64,000 bases of DNA from an uncultured virus (IMG/VR IMGVR_UViG_3300030616_000579) (IMGVR_UViG_3300030616_000579); one strand, 5' to 3'. Numbered from the stretch's first letter, positions 55,391-64,000 are shown. Translations and numbers: made by a program. The notes: a model not told the origin generated them from the sequence alone.

Positions 55391-55702
55391 TCAATTGGTT
55401 TCTCCTGAAAGTTGATTTTCAATCTCTTCAGTTTCTTTCTTTTTTTGTTCCAAAAATCTTTTACACATTATTCGCTCACGTTTTGGCATCTTTATCCATT
55501 CTTCATCACCTTTTAATTCACCAAGAAATTTTCTCTTTCGTACATGCAATGTAACAATGGACTTAGAACCCTTTTTTAACTTCTGTTGTTCCACTATTGC
55601 TTTAGGAACAGTTACTACATAACACCCACCAGTGTATCGCAACTTTTGGACACCTATACAGATTTCTTCATAGTATGGTTGATACTTCTTATTTTCTGTC
55701 AT
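55391..55702 (-). CDS. AbrB/SpoVT-like DNA-binding protein
   Basis: KLRYTGGCYVVTVPKAIVEQQKLKKG matches the swapped-hairpin pattern. Confidence 0.7.
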   Translation of the reverse strand: MTENKKYQPYYEEICIGVQKLRYTGGCYVVTVPKAIVEQQKLKKGSKSIVTLHVRKRKFLGELKGDEEWIKMPKRERIMCKRFLEQKKKETEEIENQLSGETN

Positions 55703-56390
55703 AATATCTCTTTATCCTTTCCCAATCAATTCCACCTTGCTCAGACTTTATTTCATCAATAGCAATTTTAGCAATAAATCTACCATCTTTAGTTAAATTA
55801 ACATATTTTCCTCTTGTAGCAACTAGTTTTCTGTTTTTAAGCATTTTTAAAGATGAACACAAAGTAACACTAAAACTATTTTTATTTGTTATTTTTAAAA
55901 TATTCTCTAAAAACTTAGTTAACTCAGTTCTTTTCATCAGTTTTTGATTATTTTTAATATTAACACCTATTGTTATCAAAATAATTTTCTGAAAAACAGA
56001 AAGTTTAGAATGAAACGTTCCTCTTAAAGTTTCATTATAATGCCCTTGTTTATAACAATCCTTTCTATCCAACTTTTTATTTAAAAATAAATCATCTTTA
56101 TCAGTGTCATAAACAAGACATACTTCAATTTCATTTCTGAAAAAAAACACTTCCCAAATACGATACCTGATTCTTTTTCTACCTAAAGAACACACAACTT
56201 GCCTAACTTCTTCTTGTCCTTCAGATAACCAACTACCCTTTTTCTTAACTTCATCAAAAACTATCCTTTTTTCTTTGTCTATATAATAAAAGTCAGGAAA
56301 ACCACAACCTCTAAAAAGTTTCCGTATTTTATTTTTTTTACATATAACTTCGTAAGCAACTTTTTCTGATTTATTTAATATAGATTTAAT
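55689..56390 (-). CDS. VRR-NUC-like PD-(D/E)XK nuclease fused to a C-terminal wHTH; ATT start
   Basis: The frame is open 65 codons upstream of the track ORF and contains GFPDF..FDEVK..LSEGQ. AGGTGA RBS precedes the ATT at 56390. Confidence 0.7.
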   Translation of the reverse strand: MKSILNKSEKVAYEVICKKNKIRKLFRGCGFPDFYYIDKEKRIVFDEVKKKGSWLSEGQEEVRQVVCSLGRKRIRYRIWEVFFFRNEIEVCLVYDTDKDDLFLNKKLDRKDCYKQGHYNETLRGTFHSKLSVFQKIILITIGVNIKNNQKLMKRTELTKFLENILKITNKNSFSVTLCSSLKMLKNRKLVATRGKYVNLTKDGRFIAKIAIDEIKSEQGGIDWERIKRYYDRK

Positions 56391-56475
56391 TTAATCACCT
56401 AACATAAAATAAACATTAATAGTTATATAAAACTTATTATTTTTTTAACAGTACAACTAATTATCAACAAACTTT

Positions 56476-57375
56476 TTAAAAGTATTTTTCTAGTGTTGGT
56501 GCAGAAATAGATTTCTTTTTTTCAGGTTGATATATATTCTTCTTGTATTTCTTCTTACTTTCATAATCCATATCAATTTTCTCTATCGGTTCAATCATAT
56601 TATTTACAATATATGAATCAATCTCTTCAAACTTCACACGACATCTATAATCAAAATCTGCAAACCGATTCATCACTTTCAATGCATCACTATCATATCC
56701 ACGGATACTCTTAAAAATATATGATATCTTTCCTCTATTCAACACATCATCGATATCACGTTTTTTAACGTTCCAGAGGAACTCTTTCATTGATACAGTT
56801 GGATGTCTAAGTTCATTTAGTTCACCAGTATACGTTGATAATACTGCACTTCTCATTGATTTAGAGTTTCTTGCTATATTATCGAGTGTTTCAATAGGTA
56901 AATCACTAATAGTTTCCAGAAACTTCAAAATTTCACTTGTAATCGGTTTTCTCATAAACACCCGTAAACCATTCGTACCAAAGTCCTCTGAGAAACCCTT
57001 AATTAAATTACATGTATATATTACAGGATATATACTAATAGTTTCTACTAGTTTACTTTTATAATTATAATGAAACTCATCAACATCATCGACATGAATA
57101 ATTTTCTTCCTATGAGTCAACGATTGTGTATTAAGTGATTTGATTATATTATTCAAATCAGTGTTATTCTGAATATCCAAAGGGCAAATATAAAATAATT
57201 CTGCATCAAACTCTTCTGCAAGTAATTTTGGCAAGATTGTCTTCCCGTTTCCACTAGTTCCATGTAGAATACAGTATGGTTTTGTTTTCTCTGTCTTCTT
57301 ATGAAAAAACTCATTTAACCAATTAACAACTTGTTTCTTAGTATCAAATCCAACAAATGTTTGTAATGTTATCAT
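56476..57375 (-). CDS. Replication factor C large-subunit-like AAA+ ATPase (clamp loader)
   Basis: Start MITLQTFVG; Walker A GTSGNGKT, Walker B HVDDVD, PVIYTCN; PIP-like C-terminus TLEKYF. Confidence 0.75.
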   Translation of the reverse strand: MITLQTFVGFDTKKQVVNWLNEFFHKKTEKTKPYCILHGTSGNGKTILPKLLAEEFDAELFYICPLDIQNNTDLNNIIKSLNTQSLTHRKKIIHVDDVDEFHYNYKSKLVETISIYPVIYTCNLIKGFSEDFGTNGLRVFMRKPITSEILKFLETISDLPIETLDNIARNSKSMRSAVLSTYTGELNELRHPTVSMKEFLWNVKKRDIDDVLNRGKISYIFKSIRGYDSDALKVMNRFADFDYRCRVKFEEIDSYIVNNMIEPIEKIDMDYESKKKYKKNIYQPEKKKSISAPTLEKYF

Positions 57376-57473
57376 GGGAATAAAAAAAGATATGTGGAAT
57401 CGAGAAAGGCAACAGGTTGGCTTAGAATATGCATAACTAAGTAGAGAAGAGAGCCCTCCTCGATTTATCCACT

Positions 57474-57830
57474 CTATTGTTCTTCCACAGCTTGGATAAA
57501 CCACTGAGGTAGAAACTGTCGTGTATCTGGGTATGTCGTATACAATTGATATGCCCACTCTTCCCATTCAACTCCAGACCAATACGGTTCTTCTGTTGGT
57601 TGAGGTTCCTGTGGTGGTTCTGGTTTCCTAAATGCATCGAATGTCATAGGTTTATGCATCTGTGGTTGTTGATACTGTTCTGGTTGTCGTTGTTTCATTG
57701 AAAATCCTGGTTCTCTATTTCGATTTTTTGAAAACAGTTCTCTCATTGATTCATTTATATCTTCTTGTGTTGCCACTTTTGGTTTGTATGTAGCACCAAA
57801 TCCTATTTTTTTTCTTCTTGGTTGTTCCAT
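57474..57830 (-). CDS. Q/P-rich hypothetical protein
   Basis: ORF with GAGGG RBS. Confidence 0.6.
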   Translation of the reverse strand: MEQPRRKKIGFGATYKPKVATQEDINESMRELFSKNRNREPGFSMKQRQPEQYQQPQMHKPMTFDAFRKPEPPQEPQPTEEPYWSGVEWEEWAYQLYTTYPDTRQFLPQWFIQAVEEQ

Positions 57831-57842
57831 TGTTTTCCCTCT

Positions 57843-57873
57843 AAAAAAGAAAGAGTAGGCGATGTCTCGCCTA
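57843..57873 (-). terminator. Hairpin plus T-rich tract
   Basis: TAGGCGA-GACA-TCGCCTA followed by CTCTTTCTTTTTT on the minus strand. Confidence 0.55.
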
Positions 57874-58821
57874 AATTACTGCTGGAATCAACTTTGCATG
57901 GATTGTATACACTTGAGGTGCAATCAACATATCAAAGTCGTAACAGATGCAGAACTCGATTGTTTCACCAGGAAGTATCTCGAATGGTTCGTCCATAAAC
58001 TCAATACCTACACATTCGTCTGCTCCACATCCAACACAGAAGTACTCACAGGTTAAATCAACAGACGCCCACGGGTCATCATCAGTAATCCACGTGCATC
58101 GACAGTCATCAATGCCACCGTATGCTCCACCAGAGTTTGCAGGTTCAATTGGCCCCCAACCTATTAAGTTATGAGGTGCTTCAGATGTTGTTTTTCCGAT
58201 ATCAACAGAGTCACAGAGTTCACCAAGTTCACAATACAGTTCAATGGTGTCAACTGCAAGTTGTCCATATGTTTCAAAATGTTCCCAAGGTTCATCTGCA
58301 GTGCATTCGATTGTTATCGTATGCGTTCCATCCATTGGTATTTCAAATGGTAACAAATCAATTGTATGTTCTACCCACGTTTCGTCTCCACCCTCTGCTT
58401 CATAGGTGTAAACTAACGTACTACCAACATAGACATCAAAGTCATCGTATTCTGCAAAACCATCAAGAACATTGATAACAAGGTCACCAAGATATGGTTC
58501 TCTTGTAAATAACACATCAATTCCTTCAAGGTCTGGAGTACCCCAGATATCCCAATCTAACATCATTGGTTCACATCCTTGATTTGTTACTTCATGTTCA
58601 AAACAATAGCAACATCCACCAATTGCTTCGATTTCTTCAGTAAGTGGTTCATCCCAATTCATACCATCAATTTGAATGCTCTGTTGTACATCAACTGTTG
58701 TTGTTATTTTTCCAAAGTACGAAAGCAAACTCGCAGATGCAAGTGATACACTAACAAGTATCACAACAAAAACGAGTAAAAACTTTCCTCGTCTGCCTAT
58801 TTTACTTATTTTTTTGTTCAT
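57871..58821 (-). CDS. Secreted acidic Cys-rich protein with TasA/camelysin-like N-terminus
   Basis: Start MNKKISK; signal ending ..ASASLLSYFG, similar to SipW-class substrates. Confidence 0.65.
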   Translation of the reverse strand: MNKKISKIGRRGKFLLVFVVILVSVSLASASLLSYFGKITTTVDVQQSIQIDGMNWDEPLTEEIEAIGGCCYCFEHEVTNQGCEPMMLDWDIWGTPDLEGIDVLFTREPYLGDLVINVLDGFAEYDDFDVYVGSTLVYTYEAEGGDETWVEHTIDLLPFEIPMDGTHTITIECTADEPWEHFETYGQLAVDTIELYCELGELCDSVDIGKTTSEAPHNLIGWGPIEPANSGGAYGGIDDCRCTWITDDDPWASVDLTCEYFCVGCGADECVGIEFMDEPFEILPGETIEFCICYDFDMLIAPQVYTIHAKLIPAVI

Positions 58822-58841
58822 GTTTTTTTTCTCCTTGTCGT

Positions 58842-59456
58842 TTACTCGACATTTTTTCTTTTCATTACAAAAAGAACTATGATGATAAAAACTATTAATA
58901 TTACTCCTAATATCCAAATAGGAAAACTAAATCCATTATCCTTTCTAGCCGAACAGTAGATAACATTGATAAAATCATCGTCTGTATTGTTGATGGGTGG
59001 AAGGACAATAGGAATATATTCTTCACTATGTCCTTTTGTAGCCCACCCAGTTGGGTTTCTTCCTCCATCTCCGTTCTCATCACCGTTTCCTTCTGGTATC
59101 TGTAACTCTTCTGCATCTATATCAAGATTAATAATATACTCACCAGGTGACAATAACATATCCGTTTGTATTATCATATCTAATGTTTTTTCTTCTCCAG
59201 TATCAAGAACAAAAGTATCCTCAGAAAAACTAATGTAGAAACCCATTCCATCAGGTGTTATATTAGAATCCATGTAGAATATTCTTTTCTCTTCGCCTTC
59301 CCACTTGATTGTTATCATTTCTGTAACAGTGTCTCCTGCAATTAAATCCAAACAAATTTCATCAGGTGTAACAATAACATCTCCAGCTGTAACAAACCAC
59401 ATACCACATATAATCATTGAGATAATAACAACCCCAACGATATTCACGTTTCTCAT
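58842..59456 (-). CDS. Secreted Ig-like protein with C-terminal TM anchor
   Basis: Signal peptide, one Ig-like domain, Gly/Pro linker, TM helix and basic tail; AGGTGA RBS. Confidence 0.7.
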   Translation of the reverse strand: MRNVNIVGVVIISMIICGMWFVTAGDVIVTPDEICLDLIAGDTVTEMITIKWEGEEKRIFYMDSNITPDGMGFYISFSEDTFVLDTGEEKTLDMIIQTDMLLSPGEYIINLDIDAEELQIPEGNGDENGDGGRNPTGWATKGHSEEYIPIVLPPINNTDDDFINVIYCSARKDNGFSFPIWILGVILIVFIIIVLFVMKRKNVE

Positions 59457-59523
59457 TTTTTCACCTACTCAGTTCTATACCCTATAACAGTTCTTTTATT
59501 TAAATATTATTAATTTTTTAATA

Positions 59524-61728
59524 TTATAACCACTTATTTAACCCGCCATCAAGAACTAACTCAACATCAAACATTTTTACTACTCGTTGAATTTCTTCCA
59601 GATAGTAGTTTCTATCTATGTTTTCCTTTTTCGATAACTCCAACAATTGATACCCAGAACCAGTTTTTATATAATGATATTGTTGACCAATCTCTGGTTT
59701 TATCCCAAGATACTTCTCTGCAAAATTAGCTAACCTTGGAGCTATTGCATTCAAATTCTTATACTGATGCATATGTTTTCCAAGAGTAACACTCATCGCA
59801 AAGTGTTGCAACGGAAAATCAAGAGAAGCATATTTTTTTATTATATCTTTAGTTGGTTGATTGTTTAACTTTGCTTGAGCTAGTTCCTGAATCAAATTTC
59901 TACTCAGCAAATCCTTACTTCGTGCTTTCATAGCTGCACCGTGATATATCACACTGTCTTCTCGTTGTAAAATGTAGTTCTTTGCTTTATAGAAATATCC
60001 TTTGTCATAGTCATCAATGTCGATTGATAAATCTAAATCCTTCTTGAACTTTTCTTGCAACTTAGACCTGAACATACCAAGTATTTTATCTTTTTCGATA
60101 TCACATGATGAAAAATAAACACCATCTGTATCTGTCTCAATCACCGATTTAGGATAAAGACCATTAAGAATATCAACTAATAATTGACAACATTCCCTTC
60201 CAATGCCAGTTGTTGCAATTGCAATAGGAACAAACCCAAATGCATGATTTGGCGACCCTTGTATTCCATATACTCCTCCATTTGCTTTTACCTTACGATT
60301 ATCACTCATTGCACGATATTTTTTCTTTCCAGTTGTTTTCCACATCCGTTTATACTCTGCACGTTCATCGAGAAACCGTTTCACCAACTCTGAACAAAAT
60401 CCAGGTGTCTTCGACACTTGTATAACCATATTTCGATTCAAAACCTTATCTGGTATATGGTAGACAAACCAATTATCCTCTTCTTCAATCCAGAACTTAC
60501 CATACGCCTCAAACATCAAAAGAGTTGTTGTATCTGGTGATAAATTAAATGATGCCATAATGCTTGGGTACATACTGGAATAATCTGCTTTGAACACAGG
60601 TTCAAACAAACCTGTTTTACTGATACCAATCAATGCACCCTCATAATTTCCTTTTCCACTGTGTTTCTCCTGAAAAATTTCAGGATATCTCTTGTAATTA
60701 TTTCCATCAGCAATGATATTTTGCTTCTTAAATTCATCACCAATAACTATCAATCCTAAATCTGTTGTATTAAGTTCTAATGCTGTATTCAATGGTATCT
60801 TCAAATCATTAGCATTAAACTCAATATTATACCAATAAATATCAAAAAGCAACAACAGCCTTCTGATATCATCCTTATTGTAATCGACCAACTCTTGTGT
60901 TCCAACCATATCATGTATTGTTTTTATATCAAAATCTTCGTGTGATGTTTTAAACCCAAAATAATTTGATACTGCTTTCAATCCTCGATTCTGCACATTA
61001 CCAGTAAGAGACTGGTCTGCACGTGCTGAATCCAATACATCATAAATCACTACTCCATCAATTGAAATCTTATGTTTTCCACCTATATACGGTTTAACAC
61101 CATTCTTTGCAAACTTACCAGTATCAATCCTGTTTTTAATACATCGTTGTAAAAGAGTTGGAATATCATACGATTGATTATATACAACAATAACATCTGG
61201 GGCTATCTTTTGATACACCTCAATGAACTTCTCCAAGAGTTTCTTATCTGTTGTTGTATCATCCTTCAAATACACTGTTTTAATCACTCTGTTATTCGTA
61301 CACCAAGAGATTGATATAATTCTATCTTCATATGTTGGAAACATATCTGTTGGTTTAGTGTACTGTTCAATATCAATAAATAAAAATTTTAACTCTTTGG
61401 TATGTGGAAACTTAGTAAACAAATCTGGTATATCCAATCGGTTTCTGATAATAAATGGGATATTATCCTCAAAAGTATAATCACTTCTAGCAGTAACCAA
61501 ATCCTTTCTTGTATTAAATTCGTATTTCCAGAAGTTTTTCTCCTGATAATTTGATAAAGCTATTGCTCGAATGTTTGTACTTGGTACATATCGTATATCC
61601 AACTTCTTATTTGAATAAAAATATGGTTTTATAGGAGAATCAATTACCTTATTCTTACCGTTGAACCATATGTCTAATTTTTCTTTTTTGAATTTTACTA
61701 CTGGTTCAACAGATAAAGGCACGTTCAT
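59524..61728 (-). CDS. polB: Family B DNA polymerase (RNA-primed type) with 3'-5' exonuclease
   Basis: FIDIE (ExoI), YNQSYD (ExoII), DYSSMYPS, KVKANGGVYG and ETDTDG motifs. Confidence 0.95.
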   Translation of the reverse strand: MNVPLSVEPVVKFKKEKLDIWFNGKNKVIDSPIKPYFYSNKKLDIRYVPSTNIRAIALSNYQEKNFWKYEFNTRKDLVTARSDYTFEDNIPFIIRNRLDIPDLFTKFPHTKELKFLFIDIEQYTKPTDMFPTYEDRIISISWCTNNRVIKTVYLKDDTTTDKKLLEKFIEVYQKIAPDVIVVYNQSYDIPTLLQRCIKNRIDTGKFAKNGVKPYIGGKHKISIDGVVIYDVLDSARADQSLTGNVQNRGLKAVSNYFGFKTSHEDFDIKTIHDMVGTQELVDYNKDDIRRLLLLFDIYWYNIEFNANDLKIPLNTALELNTTDLGLIVIGDEFKKQNIIADGNNYKRYPEIFQEKHSGKGNYEGALIGISKTGLFEPVFKADYSSMYPSIMASFNLSPDTTTLLMFEAYGKFWIEEEDNWFVYHIPDKVLNRNMVIQVSKTPGFCSELVKRFLDERAEYKRMWKTTGKKKYRAMSDNRKVKANGGVYGIQGSPNHAFGFVPIAIATTGIGRECCQLLVDILNGLYPKSVIETDTDGVYFSSCDIEKDKILGMFRSKLQEKFKKDLDLSIDIDDYDKGYFYKAKNYILQREDSVIYHGAAMKARSKDLLSRNLIQELAQAKLNNQPTKDIIKKYASLDFPLQHFAMSVTLGKHMHQYKNLNAIAPRLANFAEKYLGIKPEIGQQYHYIKTGSGYQLLELSKKENIDRNYYLEEIQRVVKMFDVELVLDGGLNKWL

Positions 61729-62042
61729 TTCACGCCAACTCCGTGAACACGTCTATACACAAATGCAGTGTAATAGATGCAAATGCACCCCACCAAAAAG
61801 AAACAAAATAAATGTAGCGGTCTGGACATTTTGAGCATTTCCGAAATAAAGTGGTCAAGGTCAACCAGAACACTAAGTAACCCAAAACAGCAGAAGACAA
61901 AAAGTGTACTGACTCGCATCTTATGATAAACTCTATCGAAAAGTCGTTGTAATAGTTTTTCGGTTCTCCAAACAATTGCCATAGAATGTGGTCTAGGAGT
62001 TCCACGCATTCCAACCACCTTGTAAATTATAAATCTCACCAT
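61725..62042 (-). CDS. Small membrane protein with DLDH...RPLH motif (YdjM/DUF457-like fragment); start uncertain
   Basis: ATGA overlap with polB; hydrophobic; a competing overlapping frame exists. Confidence 0.45.
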   Translation of the reverse strand: MVRFIIYKVVGMRGTPRPHSMAIVWRTEKLLQRLFDRVYHKMRVSTLFVFCCFGLLSVLVDLDHFISEMLKMSRPLHLFCFFLVGCICIYYTAFVYRRVHGVGVK

Positions 62043-62397
62043 ATGTATGATTCAGTAACTCACAACAAAATGTTTCACCTAACGTACCATCAACACTATA
62101 CACTACAATATCACTCGTGTAATTGTAGAACATTGATGAATCTGTGCTTCTGATTGCACCTGGAAGATGGCCTTGTTTAAATTGACAAGTACCACAACCC
62201 TCAAGTCCTCGAATATCTACAACTGTAATGTTTTCTGATGTGTTAATCAATTCTTTTACCTCTGTTACATTAATAGTTTCATAGAAAGTAGTATATTGTG
62301 GCGTTGACAAATCTTCGTATATCTCCATTGTTATAAAAATAAAAATTATAGCACAAATCGAAAAGACGACAATATCTAGTACTCTTCCTTTTTCCAT
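61993..62397 (-). CDS. Membrane-anchored rhodanese-like protein
   Basis: VVDIR..FKQGHLPGA..IVVYS..LQGGWNAW; the catalytic Cys position is Ser. Confidence 0.8.
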   Translation of the reverse strand: MEKGRVLDIVVFSICAIIFIFITMEIYEDLSTPQYTTFYETINVTEVKELINTSENITVVDIRGLEGCGTCQFKQGHLPGAIRSTDSSMFYNYTSDIVVYSVDGTLGETFCCELLNHTYGEIYNLQGGWNAWNS

Positions 62398-62475
62398 AGG
62401 ATTTAGCGGGGTAACAAGTAAGGTGAGTGGTGAGGAGATGTGATTTTAAAAGCCTCTTGTTACCCTATCGCCTCC

Positions 62476-63087
62476 TTATTCCCATCCTTCAACAAAATTT
62501 TTCATTTCTCTCCTGTCCTTATCACCGAATGGTAAATTCAGATAATGTTGCAATGCAGTAAGTTGTGTATGCCCCTGTGATAAGAAAACCTGATTGAACT
62601 TATCTGGATAGAATGTTATCAACCAGGACTCCCACGTCTTTCTTGTTGTCTTTGGTGACATGTAATCTGGATATAACTTGCCTTTTAACATCCAACGTTT
62701 TAGATTTTCCCTCCATGTTGCATAATCAGGTAGTGAAGTTTTGGACTTCAAGTAATGTGATATTGCACGTTTTCCAATTGGATTCAAATGGATGTATCGT
62801 TCACTTACTGTTGCTTTTTTCTTTTTTGCACCAATTTTCGTTAAATGGATGGTTTCACCATTGAACCATTCAGGATGTTTGTAAAGTCTAACAATTTCAA
62901 CATACCTACAGCCACTGTACAATAATGCTTCGAATTTATTAACATAATCAAGCTTTGGAATATTGTCAATTAAAATTTTACATTCGTAAGGTCGCAAAAT
63001 TCGTGTGTTTGACTTGAAAATCAAATCACTCTTTTTTTGCAAAAACCCATCACTTTCTTGTGGTTCTGAGTTGTTATTTTCGTCCAT
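62476..63087 (-). CDS. Minimal tyrosine recombinase/integrase (catalytic domain only)
   Basis: SGCRYVE (R), AKK (K), KTTR (KxxR), QGH and QHY (Y). Confidence 0.8.
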   Translation of the reverse strand: MDENNNSEPQESDGFLQKKSDLIFKSNTRILRPYECKILIDNIPKLDYVNKFEALLYSGCRYVEIVRLYKHPEWFNGETIHLTKIGAKKKKATVSERYIHLNPIGKRAISHYLKSKTSLPDYATWRENLKRWMLKGKLYPDYMSPKTTRKTWESWLITFYPDKFNQVFLSQGHTQLTALQHYLNLPFGDKDRREMKNFVEGWE

Positions 63088-63144
63088 TTATCCTTATCTC
63101 TCCATATATGGTCGCCACACTTTTATTGATAAAGTGATGGATTT

Positions 63145-63336
63145 TCATTTTTCCTTCAGTTTTCCAACCGTCTTCCAACATTTTTCACAAACAATGTAAT
63201 ACTCACCATCTTTAATTATACCCTCAAAATGAGCACCACAACATTTGCTATGGAAAAATTTGGCTTCCTCTCCACAATCACATCTAAGTATTTTGTTCCT
63301 CAGCATCCTCATCACCTTTTTGTTTACGTGCTCCAC
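63145..63336 (-). CDS. Cys-rich Zn-binding microprotein
   Basis: CDC, HSKCC, CEKC. Confidence 0.5.
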   Translation of the reverse strand: MEHVNKKVMRMLRNKILRCDCGEEAKFFHSKCCGAHFEGIIKDGEYYIVCEKCWKTVGKLKEK

Positions 63337-63526
63337 TTTTTCGCATTGTACCTTTTTTGAAAAACATTGTCTGCAGATTAAACTTTACCTTTGACCAAAC
63401 ACTCTTTCGTTCAGGTGAAATAAACCCTCTGCGTTCAACACACATCTTACTTCCCTTCATCACGCTAGGCAAGCCTTTCCTGTTACACTTACCACAATGC
63501 CTACAATTTATCTTATCATAATCCAT
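63284..63526 (-). CDS. Small basic Zn-finger protein
   Basis: CRHCGKC..C; GGTG RBS. Confidence 0.5.
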   Translation of the reverse strand: MDYDKINCRHCGKCNRKGLPSVMKGSKMCVERRGFISPERKSVWSKVKFNLQTMFFKKGTMRKSGARKQKGDEDAEEQNT

Positions 63527-63584
63527 CTCGACACCACCATTGCAAATACATATATGAATATCGTGTTAATAAGTTTTATCTTTT

Positions 63585-64000
63585 TCATATCCACCAATCA
63601 ACACTCTTTTGCGGATTCTTTTCCATATTCTTCAATCTATACATTGATTCATCCTTCTCAACCACATCATCACATATTTTCAAAAGCTCCCTACGGTACT
63701 TACTATAAGGCGTTTGACATCCCATCCCAGAACCTGATTCTTTTGCACGTAGGCGTAATATCTCATCCTTTCCAATGATTGGTCTTTGAGCAAACAAACT
63801 CTTCACATCGTTCAACACTTTCGATTTATCTACATCCTTCAACTTATCAGCTGTCTTTGCATACTCATTGATATTCCATTCGTACATTTCCAAATACTGC
63901 ATCGCAAGATTCTTCCATTTGTATTTTTCCAAATCAAAATTTTTGCTAGCTAATCCACCCATGTTTTCAATAACATACTGCAAATCATCCAACGTATATG
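63585..64000 (-). CDS. C-terminal part of a probable GT-B (GT4-like) glycosyltransferase, truncated by the window edge
   Basis: MGGLASKNFDLEKYKWKNLAMQYLEMYE resembles the terminal helix of GT4 enzymes; the frame is open to the window end. Confidence 0.5.
   Translation of the reverse strand, partial: YTLDDLQYVIENMGGLASKNFDLEKYKWKNLAMQYLEMYEWNINEYAKTADKLKDVDKSKVLNDVKSLFAQRPIIGKDEILRLRAKESGSGMGCQTPYSKYRRELLKICDDVVEKDESMYRLKNMEKNPQKSVDWWI

Larger units (their letters stand above)
1..64000 (-). mobile_element. Segment of a large archaeal virus/provirus, probably spindle-shaped type
   Basis: All credible ORFs are on one strand and tightly packed. Contains tandem two-helix capsid-like genes, an A32-like ATPase, PolB, an integrase, many orphan microproteins and archaeal promoter/RBS signals, with no housekeeping genes. 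No termini or att sites are visible. Confidence 0.85.

Noticed and set aside
56476..58917. Long N-terminal extensions given by the ORF track (e.g. 57567 and 58917; also 16846, 28047 and 40619)
   Set aside because: They overlap upstream genes or structured intergenic DNA. Downstream starts give proper signal peptides or domain boundaries.
482..63778. All plus-strand ORFs in the track
   Set aside because: They are antisense shadows of minus-strand genes, with no RBS or recognisable motifs.
1..64000. CRISPR array, tRNA or rRNA genes
   Set aside because: I saw no regularly spaced repeats or cloverleaf/T-loop signatures by eye; tRNAscan-SE and a CRISPR finder would be needed to exclude them.

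Overview
This window is most likely part of a large (>64 kb) archaeal virus or provirus. It is AT-rich and gene-dense, and every credible gene lies on the minus strand. It has archaeal BRE/TATA promoters, GGAGG/GAGGTG ribosome-binding sites and a PGF-CTERM protein, which points to a euryarchaeal host (Thermoplasmata such as MBG-D/DHVEG-1 is an inference). Reading in the direction of transcription (right to left), the window holds: (1) a replication and regulation module with a partial glycosyltransferase, minimal tyrosine recombinase, family B DNA polymerase, RFC-like AAA+ ATPase, VRR-NUC nuclease and HTH/AbrB regulators; (2) an accessory array of Zn-finger microproteins; (3) an S-layer-like PGF-CTERM protein; (4) a 1677-aa basic protein and a nucleotidyltransferase; (5) a virion module with a gingipain (C25) peptidase, membrane proteins and two tandem helix-hairpin proteins resembling spindle-shaped-virus major capsid proteins (MCPs); (6) about 24 kb of giant secreted glycoproteins; (7) an array of very basic microproteins; (8) an assembly block ending in an A32/FtsK-like ATPase. 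The most striking signal is an apparent virus-encoded, cellulosome-like system. Three giant proteins (1044, 2632 and about 1880 aa) end in near-identical dockerin modules; the two largest carry Ntn-hydrolase, papain-like peptidase, beta-propeller and LamG domains. The last gene of the cluster has an N-terminal cohesin-like domain and a C-terminal helix nearly identical to helix 2 of the putative capsid protein, so it looks like a capsid-anchored scaffoldin. All domain calls come from motif recognition by eye and need HMM or structure confirmation.
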